Shown in pieces: positions 32,852 through 42,091 of a DNA stretch of 64,000 bases. The notes under the pieces were generated by a model. It worked only from the letters and a program-made list of their open reading frames with translations. It ran no database searches and was not told the origin of the DNA. The position numbers and the translations under genes were made by a program. Position 1 is the stretch's first letter. Each line of letters starts with the position of its first letter. Source of the stretch: Candidatus Methylomirabilales bacterium (GTDB taxonomy: Bacteria; Methylomirabilota; Methylomirabilia; Methylomirabilales; CSP1-5); the NCBI GenBank assembly GCA_046758505.1, contig JBHIAH010000004.1:43944-107943 (forward strand), given 5' to 3'.

Positions 32852-34000
32852 TTAGCCGGTCAGTGGTTCCAAGCCGGAAACCTTGGCCTGTTCCTCCCCA
32901 GGACTCCGCGACGCACCGGCCTCCCAGGTGGGTTCGATGCCGCGAACCCGCAGGGCAAAATCATCCGGGTTGGACGCCCAGAGCAGCGCCTCCTCGTACG
33001 TGATGAGGCCGCGTGCGTACAGTGTCATCAGGGACTGATCAAATGTCTGCATACCGTACTGACTCTGCCCGGCGGCGATGAAGTCGGGGATCTTTCGGGT
33101 CTTGTCCGAATCGAGAATACATTCCCGCATGGTCGCCGTGACCACCATGACCTCCGCCGCCGGAACCCGCCCCCGCCCGTCGGCACGCGGGATGAGGCGC
33201 ATGGAGATGATCCCCTTGAGCAACGAGGCAAGTTGGAGGCGCACCTGCCGCTGCTGGTAGGGCGGAAAGACTGAGATGATGCGGTTGATGGTTTCCGTGG
33301 CATCGACCGTATGGAGGGTGCTCATGACCAAATGACCCGTCTCGGCCGCCAGAATGGCTGTGGAGATCGTTTCGTAATCCCGCATCTCCCCGACCAGGAT
33401 CACATCGGGGTCTTGCCGAAGGGCGCTCCGAAGCGCCTCGGCAAAGCTCTCGGTGTCGGTTCCCACCTCCCGTTGGTTAACCAGACACTTCTTGTCTCGC
33501 ATGAGATACTCGATGGGGTCCTCGATGGTGATGATATGGGCCGTGCGGTGCGTGTTCATATGTTCGACCATGGTCGCCAGGGTCGTTGTTTTCCCAGTCC
33601 CGGTCGCTCCGGTGACCAGGATCAAGCCACGGGTTTCCATGGACATCTTCTCCACGACTGGGGGAAGATTCAACTCCTCGATGCTCTGGATCTTGATGGG
33701 GATGACCCGCATCACCATCCCGATGGTTGAGCGCTGCTGGAAGATGTTGACACGAAAGCGCCCGAGGCCCGGCACGCTGTACGCCATATCGATCTCGCGC
33801 TTCTCTTTGAAGGTCTCTCGCTGATTCTCGTTCATCACGGAGAAAATCATTCGAATCGCATCCTCTTGGCTGATCCGGGGCTTCTCGCTCAGGGGAATCA
33901 AGCGGTTGTCGATTCGAATGACCGGCGGGCTGCCCACCTTGATATGCAGGTCCGAGGCCTTCCGCTCAACGGCGATCTTTGCCAGCTCTCCAAGGTCCAT
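32852..34000 (-). CDS. pilT: Type IV pilus retraction ATPase PilT/PilU family
   Basis: ASDLHI, GATGTGKTTT, IEDPIE, LRQDPDVILVGEMRD, GHLVMSTLH, GMQTFDQ. Confidence 0.92.
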   Translation of the reverse strand: MDLGELAKIAVERKASDLHIKVGSPPVIRIDNRLIPLSEKPRISQEDAIRMIFSVMNENQRETFKEKREIDMAYSVPGLGRFRVNIFQQRSTIGMVMRVIPIKIQSIEELNLPPVVEKMSMETRGLILVTGATGTGKTTTLATMVEHMNTHRTAHIITIEDPIEYLMRDKKCLVNQREVGTDTESFAEALRSALRQDPDVILVGEMRDYETISTAILAAETGHLVMSTLHTVDATETINRIISVFPPYQQRQVRLQLASLLKGIISMRLIPRADGRGRVPAAEVMVVTATMRECILDSDKTRKIPDFIAAGQSQYGMQTFDQSLMTLYARGLITYEEALLWASNPDDFALRVRGIEPTWEAGASRSPGEEQAKVSGLEPLTG

Positions 34001-34129
34001 GATCCCTCCGGCAATTTCCGTTTTTCAGCAGCAGGCATGCATTTTCTATGCCGAACTGGAAGACCCCGGCCGGACCCCCGTCCCCTTCCCGACTCGGCGA
34101 GAGCCGAGGGCCGATCGACGCCAGGGGGA

Positions 34130-35152
34130 TCAGGCCCCCTCAGACTTTTGGGCGCCGTTCATCCCCAAAAGGGTCCGCAGCTTTTTGTCGATCTCGGCCA
34201 CAACCGTCGGGTTTTCCACCAGGAACCGCTTCGCGTTTTCACGCCCCTGGCCGATCCGTTCCCCTCCGTACGAGTACCAAGCGCCGCTCTTCTCAATCAC
34301 CTTGTGGGCCACCCCGAGGTCGAGGAGGCTCGACGTACGGGAGATGCCTTCCCCAAAAATCACGTCGAACTCGGACTCCCTGAAGGGGGGCGCAATCTTA
34401 TTTTTGACCACTCGCACGCGCACGCGGGATCCGATCACCCGATCTCCATCCTTGATCGACGCCACCCTGCGGATGTCGAGCCGAACGGAAGCATAAAATT
34501 TGAGGGCCCGACCCCCCGTGGTCGTCTCCGGGTTGCCGAACATCACGCCGATCTTTTCCCGGATCTGATTGATGAATACCACGCAGGTTCTGGATTTCGA
34601 GATCGCTGCCGCGAGCTTCCGAAGCGCCTGCGACATGAGGCGAGCCTGCAGTCCCATGGTCGGCTCCCCCATCTCCCCCTCGATCTCGGCCCGGGGGACC
34701 AAGGCGGCCACCGAGTCAATCACAATTACATCCACCGCACCGCTGCGGACCAGGATCTCCGTAATCTCCAAAGCCTGCTCGCCTGTGTCTGGCTGAGAAA
34801 TCAGCAGATCGTCTACCTTGACCCCCAACGCCTCCGCATACCTCGGATCCAGCGCGTGCTCCGCATCGACAAAGGCGGCCCCGCCCCCCAGCTGTTGCGC
34901 CTCCGCAATGATGTGGAGCGCCAGGGTGGTCTTCCCTGAAGATTCCGGACCAAAGATTTCGACCACCCGCCCCCGGGGCACCCCACCGATGCCAAGCGCA
35001 TAATCCAGTTCGAGTGCGCCGGTAGGGATGGCAGCCACCGCCTCCAGGGCCCCGGTCGTCCCCAGACGCATGATCGCCCCTTTTCCGTACATCTTCTCGA
35101 TCTGGGTAATGGCCAGATCTCGTGCCCGATCCCGTTCCTGCTTTTCACCCAT
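34130..35152 (-). CDS. recA: Recombinase A
   Basis: [25 protein letters not shown]. Confidence 0.99.
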   Translation of the reverse strand: MGEKQERDRARDLAITQIEKMYGKGAIMRLGTTGALEAVAAIPTGALELDYALGIGGVPRGRVVEIFGPESSGKTTLALHIIAEAQQLGGGAAFVDAEHALDPRYAEALGVKVDDLLISQPDTGEQALEITEILVRSGAVDVIVIDSVAALVPRAEIEGEMGEPTMGLQARLMSQALRKLAAAISKSRTCVVFINQIREKIGVMFGNPETTTGGRALKFYASVRLDIRRVASIKDGDRVIGSRVRVRVVKNKIAPPFRESEFDVIFGEGISRTSSLLDLGVAHKVIEKSGAWYSYGGERIGQGRENAKRFLVENPTVVAEIDKKLRTLLGMNGAQKSEGA

Positions 35153-35451
35153 CCCCCACCCTCCGTTCTGAAAGGCGCCGTCGTTCGCCCGCTGCCTCTT
35201 TCTGGCTGGAAATTATGCCATTTTTCTTCACGTGTCAACCGGCTCTCGTGCGGTTTCCCGCCCAGAGAGAAGGCACCATTCAACGAAGCGCATTTCTCGA
35301 ATCGCGGCGGGCAAGCGGCCCGACAGGTGCCACGGAAAGGGGCTAGAAATGGGGGAAGGGGTCTGACAGGACCCAATTCCGGCCGGGGCGGACATCAGAG
35401 AACAGGCGCTATCCGGGGCGCAGGACGTTTCCGCTGGGGACCCGGAGAGAG

Positions 35452-35931
35452 TTACACCTCTAACTTCTTTTCCAACTCGCTGAGCTTTGCTTTCAGGGAG
35501 TCCAACTCCGCCTTCAAGCTCGATGGGGTCTCATGCGGGGCGGGCTCCCGGCCGAGCGCCATCTCACCCCCCCCTCCCAGCCCTGCCCACTGCTTGATCC
35601 CCTTTTCCGCCTCGCGCTGCATGGAGATCAAGGCGTCCAGATTGGACGCAAGGTACTGGCGGAAAATATCGTGGTACATCTCTCCGTACTTGATGAGCTG
35701 GTGGAGAAACGGAACGGGAAGGAGATTCCGTCGCTTCTCTTCTTCGAGAAGAATCTGGACCAGGGTAATGTTGGTCAGGTCTTCCTGGGTCTCGGCGTCC
35801 ACGATCTTGACCTGACCTCCTTGGCGGATCAGTTCGGCGATCTCCTCGAGCGTGATATACCGACTCCGGTTGAGATCGTAGAGCTTGCGGTTACTGTACT
35901 TCTTAATCAGAATCTGCTCGTGTGTCACCAC
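35452..35931 (-). CDS. phaR: Polyhydroxyalkanoate synthesis regulator PhaR family
   Basis: IKKYSNRKLYD...SRYITL...DAET.EDLT..TL.QI; LP..FL.QLI. Confidence 0.85.
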   Translation of the reverse strand: MVTHEQILIKKYSNRKLYDLNRSRYITLEEIAELIRQGGQVKIVDAETQEDLTNITLVQILLEEEKRRNLLPVPFLHQLIKYGEMYHDIFRQYLASNLDALISMQREAEKGIKQWAGLGGGGEMALGREPAPHETPSSLKAELDSLKAKLSELEKKLEV

Positions 35932-36283
35932 GCCTCCGCCGTGCCGCCTGACGTGTGGCTGGCCGCGATTCTCGCCGGCCTTCCGTCCTCAGGAGTTGAT
36001 CCACCTTCCCCGTGAGAGTCTCCACCTCGCCCTGGAGGCGCTGCAATGCCTCGAGCACTCGCTCGACATCACGCGTGGACGGAAGGTGTAAGGCTTGAAG
36101 ATACGTGTGCAGCGCCTGGTCGATGTGTTCCTTGAGATTCAGAGAACTTTCGAGGCCTTTCCCCATCGTCGCCAGCATCAGGGGACTGCGCAGAAAGGTA
36201 TCCATGCCCTCTGACATCATCTTCTGCCAGGCCGCAAGCATCTCCCGGTATACGTCCTTTTCCCCCGCCCGCTCCTCGCTCAT
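35903..36283 (-). CDS. PhaE-like / PHA granule-associated coiled-coil protein
   Basis: W..M...FLRSP and L.AL.LPSTRDV followed by a coiled coil; overlaps phaR; start moved to ATG 36283. Confidence 0.6.
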   Translation of the reverse strand: MSEERAGEKDVYREMLAAWQKMMSEGMDTFLRSPLMLATMGKGLESSLNLKEHIDQALHTYLQALHLPSTRDVERVLEALQRLQGEVETLTGKVDQLLRTEGRRESRPATRQAARRRRGDTRADSD

Positions 36284-36643
36284 CTTCGCCCCGTGCGTCG
36301 AGAAGACACCCCGCCTGCGCTTCCGCGCCGCCCCTCCGGCGAACGCTCGAAGTGTCCTCCCCGACCCCCAGAGGGCCTCCATCTGCAGGATACCAGAGGG
36401 GTATAGGCCTGTCAAAGCTGAAATGCCACTCTGCGTCACGAAAAAACCTGAGCTTCGATGCCGCCGGGGCGAACCCCAGCCAATCTCCACAAAACTAATG
36501 GAGTACGACTCTCGGGCCGGCGTCTCGCCTGTCTCCTCTTCCTTTCCTCTCCGGCCGATCTTTCAGAATCCACTTCAAGGACGCGCTTGAGTTTCAAGGA
36601 TCAGCTGAAGTTTTTCCGCGGGATGGACAGGACAGAACAGGAC

Positions 36644-36674
36644 AAAAAAAGAAGGGGGGCTTCTGCCCCCCTCC
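36644..36674 (-). terminator. Intrinsic terminator
   Basis: Minus strand GGAGGGGGGC-AGAA-GCCCCCCTTC-TTTTTTT just after the small gene stop. Confidence 0.85.
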
Positions 36675-36691
36675 GCGGATTCGACCCCCGA

Positions 36692-36883
36692 CTACAGGTC
36701 GGATCGAAACTTGATGGCCCCGCACTTGTCGCAACGCAGGGCCGTTCTTCCCCGACCATTGCCCGCAAGGTACTGGACCCACATCATCTTGGATCCGTCG
36801 GCGGGGCAGGTGTACACCCGGGCGGCCTGACCATTGGTCTCCCGGGAGGCCAGCTTGGCCAACTTCCTCTCTCCCTTGGCCAT
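36692..36883 (-). CDS. 63-aa basic zinc-ribbon-like protein
   Basis: SD AGGAGGTG, own promoter and terminator, CPAD...CDKCG motif. Confidence 0.75.
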   Translation of the reverse strand: MAKGERKLAKLASRETNGQAARVYTCPADGSKMMWVQYLAGNGRGRTALRCDKCGAIKFRSDL

Positions 36884-36926
36884 GGAACGGTTTCACCTCC
36901 TCTCGCGCCCAGAAAGCAACCGCGCG

Positions 36927-36955
36927 ACGATACGAGGTGACGATGCGCCTGTCAA
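36927..36955 (-). promoter_or_regulatory. Putative sigma70 promoter of the 63-aa gene
   Basis: Minus strand TTGACA-17 nt-TATCGT. Confidence 0.6.
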
Positions 36956-36980
36956 GAGGATTTTTGGCAAGCCACGACGG

Positions 36981-37940
36981 TTAGGAGCGGGCAAGGGAGC
37001 GGACGAGCGCTGCCAGGTGAGCCGGGGTGGTCCCACAGCAGCCGCCGAGGATCGCCGGCCGGGACGCCAGCAGGAGGGGAAGGGAGCGCACCCAGCCTTC
37101 CGGGTTCTGCGGATCGATCCCCGGTTTTTCTTGTCCGTCGGGGAGCCCTGCATGCGGTTGGGCAATGAGCGGCAGGGCTGTCGCCTCCCGCATCTGCCGG
37201 AGGACCTCCCCCGCATCCGCTGTATCCATGCAGTTGCACCCCACCGCCTGAGCCGCGGAAAGCTCCCGGGCGGCCTCGTGGGGGGAAGCACCGTCCAGGG
37301 TACACAGGCCTCTCCCATGCTGGAAAAACACGAGGCTGACTGCCACGGGAACGGCCGAACCCTGTTGCGCCCCCGCAAGAGCCACCTGCGCCTCGGCCAG
37401 GTGGCTCATGGTCTCGATCATGATCAGATCAACCCCCCCGTCATTCAGGTGGGATACCTGCTCCGCGAACGCAGAGCCGATCTCGCTCCACGGACCCTTG
37501 CGCTTTCCCCCCTGGAAACGCCCCGTCGGCCCCACAGCGCCAGCCACGAGATGCGCGGCGCTCCCGGCCCTCCGGGCGAGCTGAACGGCCGCCCCGTTGA
37601 TGTCTGCAACCCGCCCCTCGAGACCGTACTCCTGCAGCCGAAGACGGTTTGCCCCAAAGGTGTTGGTCTCAAGCAGATCACATCCGACAGCCAGGTAGGC
37701 CTCGTGGATTTCGTGCACCGTCTGTGGCCGAGTCAGATTCCAACGCTCCGGCGGGTCTCCCCGCTGGAGGCCCTTCGCGTGAAGCATCGTCCCAAGCGCC
37801 CCGTCGGCCACCAGGAGCCCCCCCGTGGCAAGCGGCTCACGAATCCCCCCCGTGCGTGCTCCAGGGAGGTTCTGCCCGTCAGGAGGGGGACGGAATGTCA
37901 TGAGACCCCACCCACGCGGTGCCGTTACCCCGTCGTTCAC
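36981..37940 (-). CDS. Homocysteine S-methyltransferase domain protein (stand-alone MetH N-terminal domain)
   Basis: DGALGTML, ETNTFGAN, IETM, GCNC and GGCCGTTP zinc ligands. Confidence 0.88.
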   Translation of the reverse strand: MNDGVTAPRGWGLMTFRPPPDGQNLPGARTGGIREPLATGGLLVADGALGTMLHAKGLQRGDPPERWNLTRPQTVHEIHEAYLAVGCDLLETNTFGANRLRLQEYGLEGRVADINGAAVQLARRAGSAAHLVAGAVGPTGRFQGGKRKGPWSEIGSAFAEQVSHLNDGGVDLIMIETMSHLAEAQVALAGAQQGSAVPVAVSLVFFQHGRGLCTLDGASPHEAARELSAAQAVGCNCMDTADAGEVLRQMREATALPLIAQPHAGLPDGQEKPGIDPQNPEGWVRSLPLLLASRPAILGGCCGTTPAHLAALVRSLARS

Positions 37941-38731
37941 CCGGTGTCTCCTCCGATGATCACGCGGCCCGGGTCGATTTCATCCCGCAGAACCGCCAGC
38001 TCTTCCCGTCTCGGCGGCTCGAGCACGTTGAGTTGTGTCGCCACCGATGGCTCAAAGCCCATCCCGTGGACGACCTGACCCGCCGATCGTCCCTCCAACA
38101 CGCCGAGCAGGCGCATGCGCTTGGTCTCCTCGTCGAACCCGAAGAGGGCTTGCGACGTGACGACCCGGTAAGGCCCGGTCCTTCGGGGAAGTCCGGCCGC
38201 TTCCCGGGCCCCCAAACCGGCCAGGTACCCCGGGGACGTCATGAAGTCGAGCCGGTCGACGAAGCGGCGCGGCTCGTGCTTCAAAACGACAATCGTCTTC
38301 CAACAGAGGGAGGCTACTTCATTCCCCCCCCCACTTCCCGGGAACCGTCGTCCAGGCTGCTCGTAGGTCCCCCCGAGGAGGGTCGAATTCACGTTCCCGT
38401 ACGCGTCCACCTGGAGGGCGCCGATCATCCCATAATCCAGGTACCCGGTGGCGGCATAGGAAAACGCCCAGTTCATCGTCGTCCATTGGAGCGACCGGTA
38501 CACGTTGGAAGCCCCCCCCATGGTGCCTCGGACGAAGGGGGTCAACGCCTGGGGGCCTATCGCGCCAAACTCGAAGACCTGGACCAGGTGGGGGGTGTAG
38601 AGTCTCTCGGCCAAGAGGGCCACGAGCTGGGGAATGCCCCAGCCGACAAAGACCGTCTTTCGATCTTCGAGCAGGCGGGCGGCAAGGCAGATCATGAATT
38701 CTGTGTCGGTGAAGGGGGGAGCGCCTTTCAT
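37937..38731 (-). CDS. Family I CoA-transferase beta subunit (GctB-like)
   Basis: VFVGWGIP, FE.G catalytic Glu, QVDAYGNVNST, GSGGGN, DFMTSPG. Confidence 0.9.
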   Translation of the reverse strand: MKGAPPFTDTEFMICLAARLLEDRKTVFVGWGIPQLVALLAERLYTPHLVQVFEFGAIGPQALTPFVRGTMGGASNVYRSLQWTTMNWAFSYAATGYLDYGMIGALQVDAYGNVNSTLLGGTYEQPGRRFPGSGGGNEVASLCWKTIVVLKHEPRRFVDRLDFMTSPGYLAGLGAREAAGLPRRTGPYRVVTSQALFGFDEETKRMRLLGVLEGRSAGQVVHGMGFEPSVATQLNVLEPPRREELAVLRDEIDPGRVIIGGDTG

Positions 38732-38851
38732 GTCATCCGTAAACGGTATGGCTCATAGACGGTCCGCCTCCATTTTCTCCCCGCATCCATGCCGCAGCGG
38801 GGGCATGGCGGAACCACCCTTTGCCCGTCGATCCTCATCCGCACGCCGTCG

Positions 38852-39820
38852 CTACCGATACCCCTCTTTCAGGGATCCCCGCCGAGCCATGGCTGCGAGT
38901 TGGTTCCATCCCACCTTCTGTTCCAGAAGCTCGGTGTGCGTTTTCACGCTGTACACAAACGTGTCCAGATACTCGTGCACCTGCGCCTCGGTCGCGAGCG
39001 CGTTCAAGCGCTGGATATGCTCGAGGTCCAGCTCGTACCTCCCCGGAACCCCTCCCGGATACGCCCCAAAGGGGAGGTGGACCACGCCACTCACCAGGAA
39101 GTACGGAATTGTCGTCTGTGCCGGTTCCTTCCGAAACTCGAGGGGATCGATGATTTCCTCGGCGGAGACAATAACCTTTTTCGAGGCCATGGCGGCCTCC
39201 AGGGCGAAGAGGTTGGTTCCGAAGATACGGACATTCCCATACATGTCCGCCTGGTGGACGTGGACGAGAAAGACATCAGGGTTGAGCGCCGGGACCACGC
39301 ACACCGGATCGCCGGTGAAGGGATCTTCCACGAGCTTGGCCCCCGACCGCAGAAACGTATCTGTCCCCAGGAGGTTTCGCATCGGCATAAAGGGAATCCC
39401 CCTGGCGCCGGCGAGCATCCGGAAGGCCAGCGCGCCATTGGTCCATTCATAGACCTGCGCCTTTCCTTCCACGACCGCCCGTCCGATGTAATTGCCGTAT
39501 CCCAAAAATCCCACGTCGATCCGGTCGGCACACCCCGCCCCCACGAGAAGGGTGGACTCGTGCAGCGTGAACTCGGCGCAGATCCAGAGATTCCGCTTGT
39601 GCTGTCGGATGATTTCCCGGACCAAGGCCTGTGGGCCCCGCGTCAGGGAAGAAAAATCGTAGGCGATATAGTCCCCGTCCGCGACAAACCGTGACACGGC
39701 TTCCCCTTCGGTCATCAGCTTTTGCCCCGGTTCCCGACCCTTATGGACCTGCACCCACTCCCGAAAGTCGTCCGGATGAATCCAATGGTAGCCGCTCATC
39801 CCCGAGGCAGACACCTTCAT
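38852..39820 (-). CDS. Family I CoA-transferase alpha subunit (GctA-like)
   Basis: EAVSRFVADGD, AGARGIPFMP, PALNPDV..VHVHQAD.YGN; SD GGAGAGG before ATG 39820. Confidence 0.9.
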   Translation of the reverse strand: MKVSASGMSGYHWIHPDDFREWVQVHKGREPGQKLMTEGEAVSRFVADGDYIAYDFSSLTRGPQALVREIIRQHKRNLWICAEFTLHESTLLVGAGCADRIDVGFLGYGNYIGRAVVEGKAQVYEWTNGALAFRMLAGARGIPFMPMRNLLGTDTFLRSGAKLVEDPFTGDPVCVVPALNPDVFLVHVHQADMYGNVRIFGTNLFALEAAMASKKVIVSAEEIIDPLEFRKEPAQTTIPYFLVSGVVHLPFGAYPGGVPGRYELDLEHIQRLNALATEAQVHEYLDTFVYSVKTHTELLEQKVGWNQLAAMARRGSLKEGYR

Positions 39821-39927
39821 TGACGCACCTCTCCCCCCTGGGCACACGGGTCGCCCGGAGTCGATTCGCCCCGGCACGAGCGAACATGCGGGATGTGGAT
39901 TGCGGAATGCTCTGTGATCGACACGGG

Positions 39928-40866
39928 TCAGAGACCGGCTTTTGTGAGCAGTTCCTCGACTGCTGAATAGGGGTCGAGCTCTCGTCGGGCAATCCGGTCA
40001 ATCGTCTGCTCGAGTGTTCCGTTGGCGGTCGCTCGCTCCAGCAGATGCCGGGTCACCTGCTCCTGAAGCAGCTCGAGGAAAAGCGCACGACTCCGTTCCC
40101 GCTGTCGCGTCTGCCGCGAGCCCGCTCGGTCCAGGTGGGTCTGATGGACGAGGATTCCCTCCGCCAGTTCGGCGATGCCCTTTCCCTGAATGGCCACTGT
40201 CTTCATAATGGGGGGACTCCAGTCCGAGCGTCCCGGCCCAAGGGCCATCATCGCCTGGAGCTCCGTCACGGCCTTCTCCGCCCCCTCGCGGTCTGCTTTA
40301 TTCACCACGAAGATATCAGCGATCTCCAGGATCCCGGCCTTGATGGCCTGAATATCATCGCCGAGACCGGGAACGATCACGACCACGGAGGTGTGTGCCG
40401 CTTTGACCACCTCCACCTCATCCTGCCCGACCCCGACCGTCTCAATGAAGATCACGTCTTTCCCCGCGGCGTCGAGCACATTCACCACGTCGTTGGTGGC
40501 CTTGGCCAAGCCCCCAAGGTGCCCGCGCGTGGCCATGCTCCTGATAAAGACCCCCGTGTCGAGACTGTGCCGCTGCATCCGAATGCGATCGGCTAAGATG
40601 GCCCCCCCCGTGAAGGGGCTGGTGGGATCTACGGCGACGATTCCCACCTCCCTCCCTCCCCGTCGAAACTCCTGGGTAAGCTGATCGGTAAGGGTGCTCT
40701 TCCCAGACCCCGGAGGACCGGTAATTCCGACAATAAAAGCGCGGCCCGTGAACGGATAGATCCCCTTCAGGGCGGATGTTGCCTCGCGGGAATCATCCTC
40801 GATGAGGGACATGAGGCGGGCCATCGCCCGGACATCCCCCTGTCGAACTCTTTCACCGATCTCCAC
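39928..40866 (-). CDS. meaB: Acyl-CoA mutase-associated GTPase MeaB
   Basis: GITGPPGSGKST, AVDPTSPFTGGAILADRIRM, ETVGVGQ, VNKAD. Confidence 0.96.
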   Translation of the reverse strand: MEIGERVRQGDVRAMARLMSLIEDDSREATSALKGIYPFTGRAFIVGITGPPGSGKSTLTDQLTQEFRRGGREVGIVAVDPTSPFTGGAILADRIRMQRHSLDTGVFIRSMATRGHLGGLAKATNDVVNVLDAAGKDVIFIETVGVGQDEVEVVKAAHTSVVVIVPGLGDDIQAIKAGILEIADIFVVNKADREGAEKAVTELQAMMALGPGRSDWSPPIMKTVAIQGKGIAELAEGILVHQTHLDRAGSRQTRQRERSRALFLELLQEQVTRHLLERATANGTLEQTIDRIARRELDPYSAVEELLTKAGL

Positions 40867-41074
40867 GCCTCATCTCCGTGTTCGGCACCACTCGCGGCGA
40901 TGGGAGCCACCACCCCACCGCTTTACGTCACGCACGACATGTAGCACAGCGGTCAAACCCTGTCGAGGAGAAATTGGCGCTGCCACCGTTTCCAGGAAGC
41001 AATACGCCCGTTTTCTGTGTATTTAAAATATGAAACGATACATCACTGTACTTAATACTTTACTTTAGATATAC

Positions 41075-41231
41075 CGCACGGCCCCTCTCTCCATGCCTTA
41101 CAGCGGTCCGCCGCGCTCACCATACGTCTCTGGCCCTGAGTGTTGAAGGTGGGGGCGCCACGGCAAGCACGGCCTGCAGACCGTACACTGAGGATCGCGC
41201 GCGCCGCGAACCCCGGAGGGTCCGGCCACGT
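41075..41231 (-). ncRNA. Candidate structured RNA of unknown family
   Basis: Nested minus-strand pairings GUGGCC/GGCCGU, GGUUCGC/GCGGACC, GCGC/GCGC, CCU.AGUGU/ACACU.AGG, hairpins ACGGUC-UGCA-GGCCGU and GUGG/CCAC. Confidence 0.4.
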
Positions 41232-41272
41232 CAAGAAGCTACCGGTAATCCTGGCGGGAAATGAAGGGCGTG

Positions 41273-41707
41273 CTAGTTCTTGTCGCTCGGTCGAACCCGC
41301 CGCACATGGGTTCGAAGAAAATCGATCGCCACCCCTGTGGGAGTCCCTGGCGTAAACACCTGGGCGATCCCCGCCTCCCGTAACGCCGGGATGTCCTCGT
41401 CCGGAATCGTCCCCCCGCCGAAGACCAGCACATCATCTACCCCACGCTCTTGCAGGAGTTCCGCGATCCGGGGAAACAGGTACATATGAGCCCCCGAGAG
41501 GCACGAGAGGCCGATCGCATCGACATCCTCCTGAATCGCGGCATTCACGATCATCTCTGGTGTCTGCCGAAGGCCGGTATAGATCACCTCAAACCCCGCA
41601 TCCCGGAACGCTCGGGCAATCACCTTGGCCCCGCGGTCATGGCCATCCAGGCCGGGCTTGGCCACCAACACGCGAATCTTCCGGCCCTCAGTCATCGTTT
41701 CGCTCAT
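41273..41707 (-). CDS. Acyl-CoA mutase small, cobalamin-binding subunit
   Basis: [13 protein letters not shown] (DxHxxG), [14 protein letters not shown]. Confidence 0.95.
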   Translation of the reverse strand: MSETMTEGRKIRVLVAKPGLDGHDRGAKVIARAFRDAGFEVIYTGLRQTPEMIVNAAIQEDVDAIGLSCLSGAHMYLFPRIAELLQERGVDDVLVFGGGTIPDEDIPALREAGIAQVFTPGTPTGVAIDFLRTHVRRVRPSDKN

Positions 41708-41984
41708 CGGACGCCACGCTCACCTCTTGACAGATCGCCCCGAAGCCTGGATCGCGTCCCCAGAGCTCCTGGTCATTGGCCACTTCCGGTCGATACTCTA
41801 CCCGGACTTCGGGCTCCTCCGACTCGCTCCCAAACAGTGTCCCCTGTTCTGCCTTGGCCCTCTCCCTGACGCAGGCAGCGATCTCTTCTTCGGTCGGCCG
41901 CTCCTCCTTCTCAAAGAGAACCAGATGCGGCTCCAACCTCCCGGTCACCCAGAGATCAAATCGAACTCCATGTACCTTCCCCAT
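41688..41984 (-). CDS. Acidic hypothetical protein between the mutase subunits
   Basis: SD-like GAGG before ATG; Glu-rich 98-aa ORF overlapping the next gene. Confidence 0.55.
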   Translation of the reverse strand: MGKVHGVRFDLWVTGRLEPHLVLFEKEERPTEEEIAACVRERAKAEQGTLFGSESEEPEVRVEYRPEVANDQELWGRDPGFGAICQEVSVASDERNDD

Positions 41985-42091
41985 GTCGCCTCACCCCTCA
42001 GCCTGACCGCCGCGGGCGCACCACCGGCCCGAAGCCGCCGGCGTTTTCGACCTATCTTAAACCGTATTTTCTCCACCAAGTCAACGGGCAA

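Noticed and set aside
32852..34000. pilT between recA and recX as a novel insertion
   Set aside because: To my knowledge recA-pilT-recX-alaS occurs in deltaproteobacteria-like lineages, and there are no mobility signs
35160..35240. LexA box upstream of recA
   Set aside because: Only scattered GTTC words with no recognised spacing; a TTGACA-15-CATAAT promoter is possible but the spacing is short
40867..41272. Cobalamin riboswitch upstream of meaB
   Set aside because: The conserved GGGAA...GCCACTG...GGGAAG elements were not found
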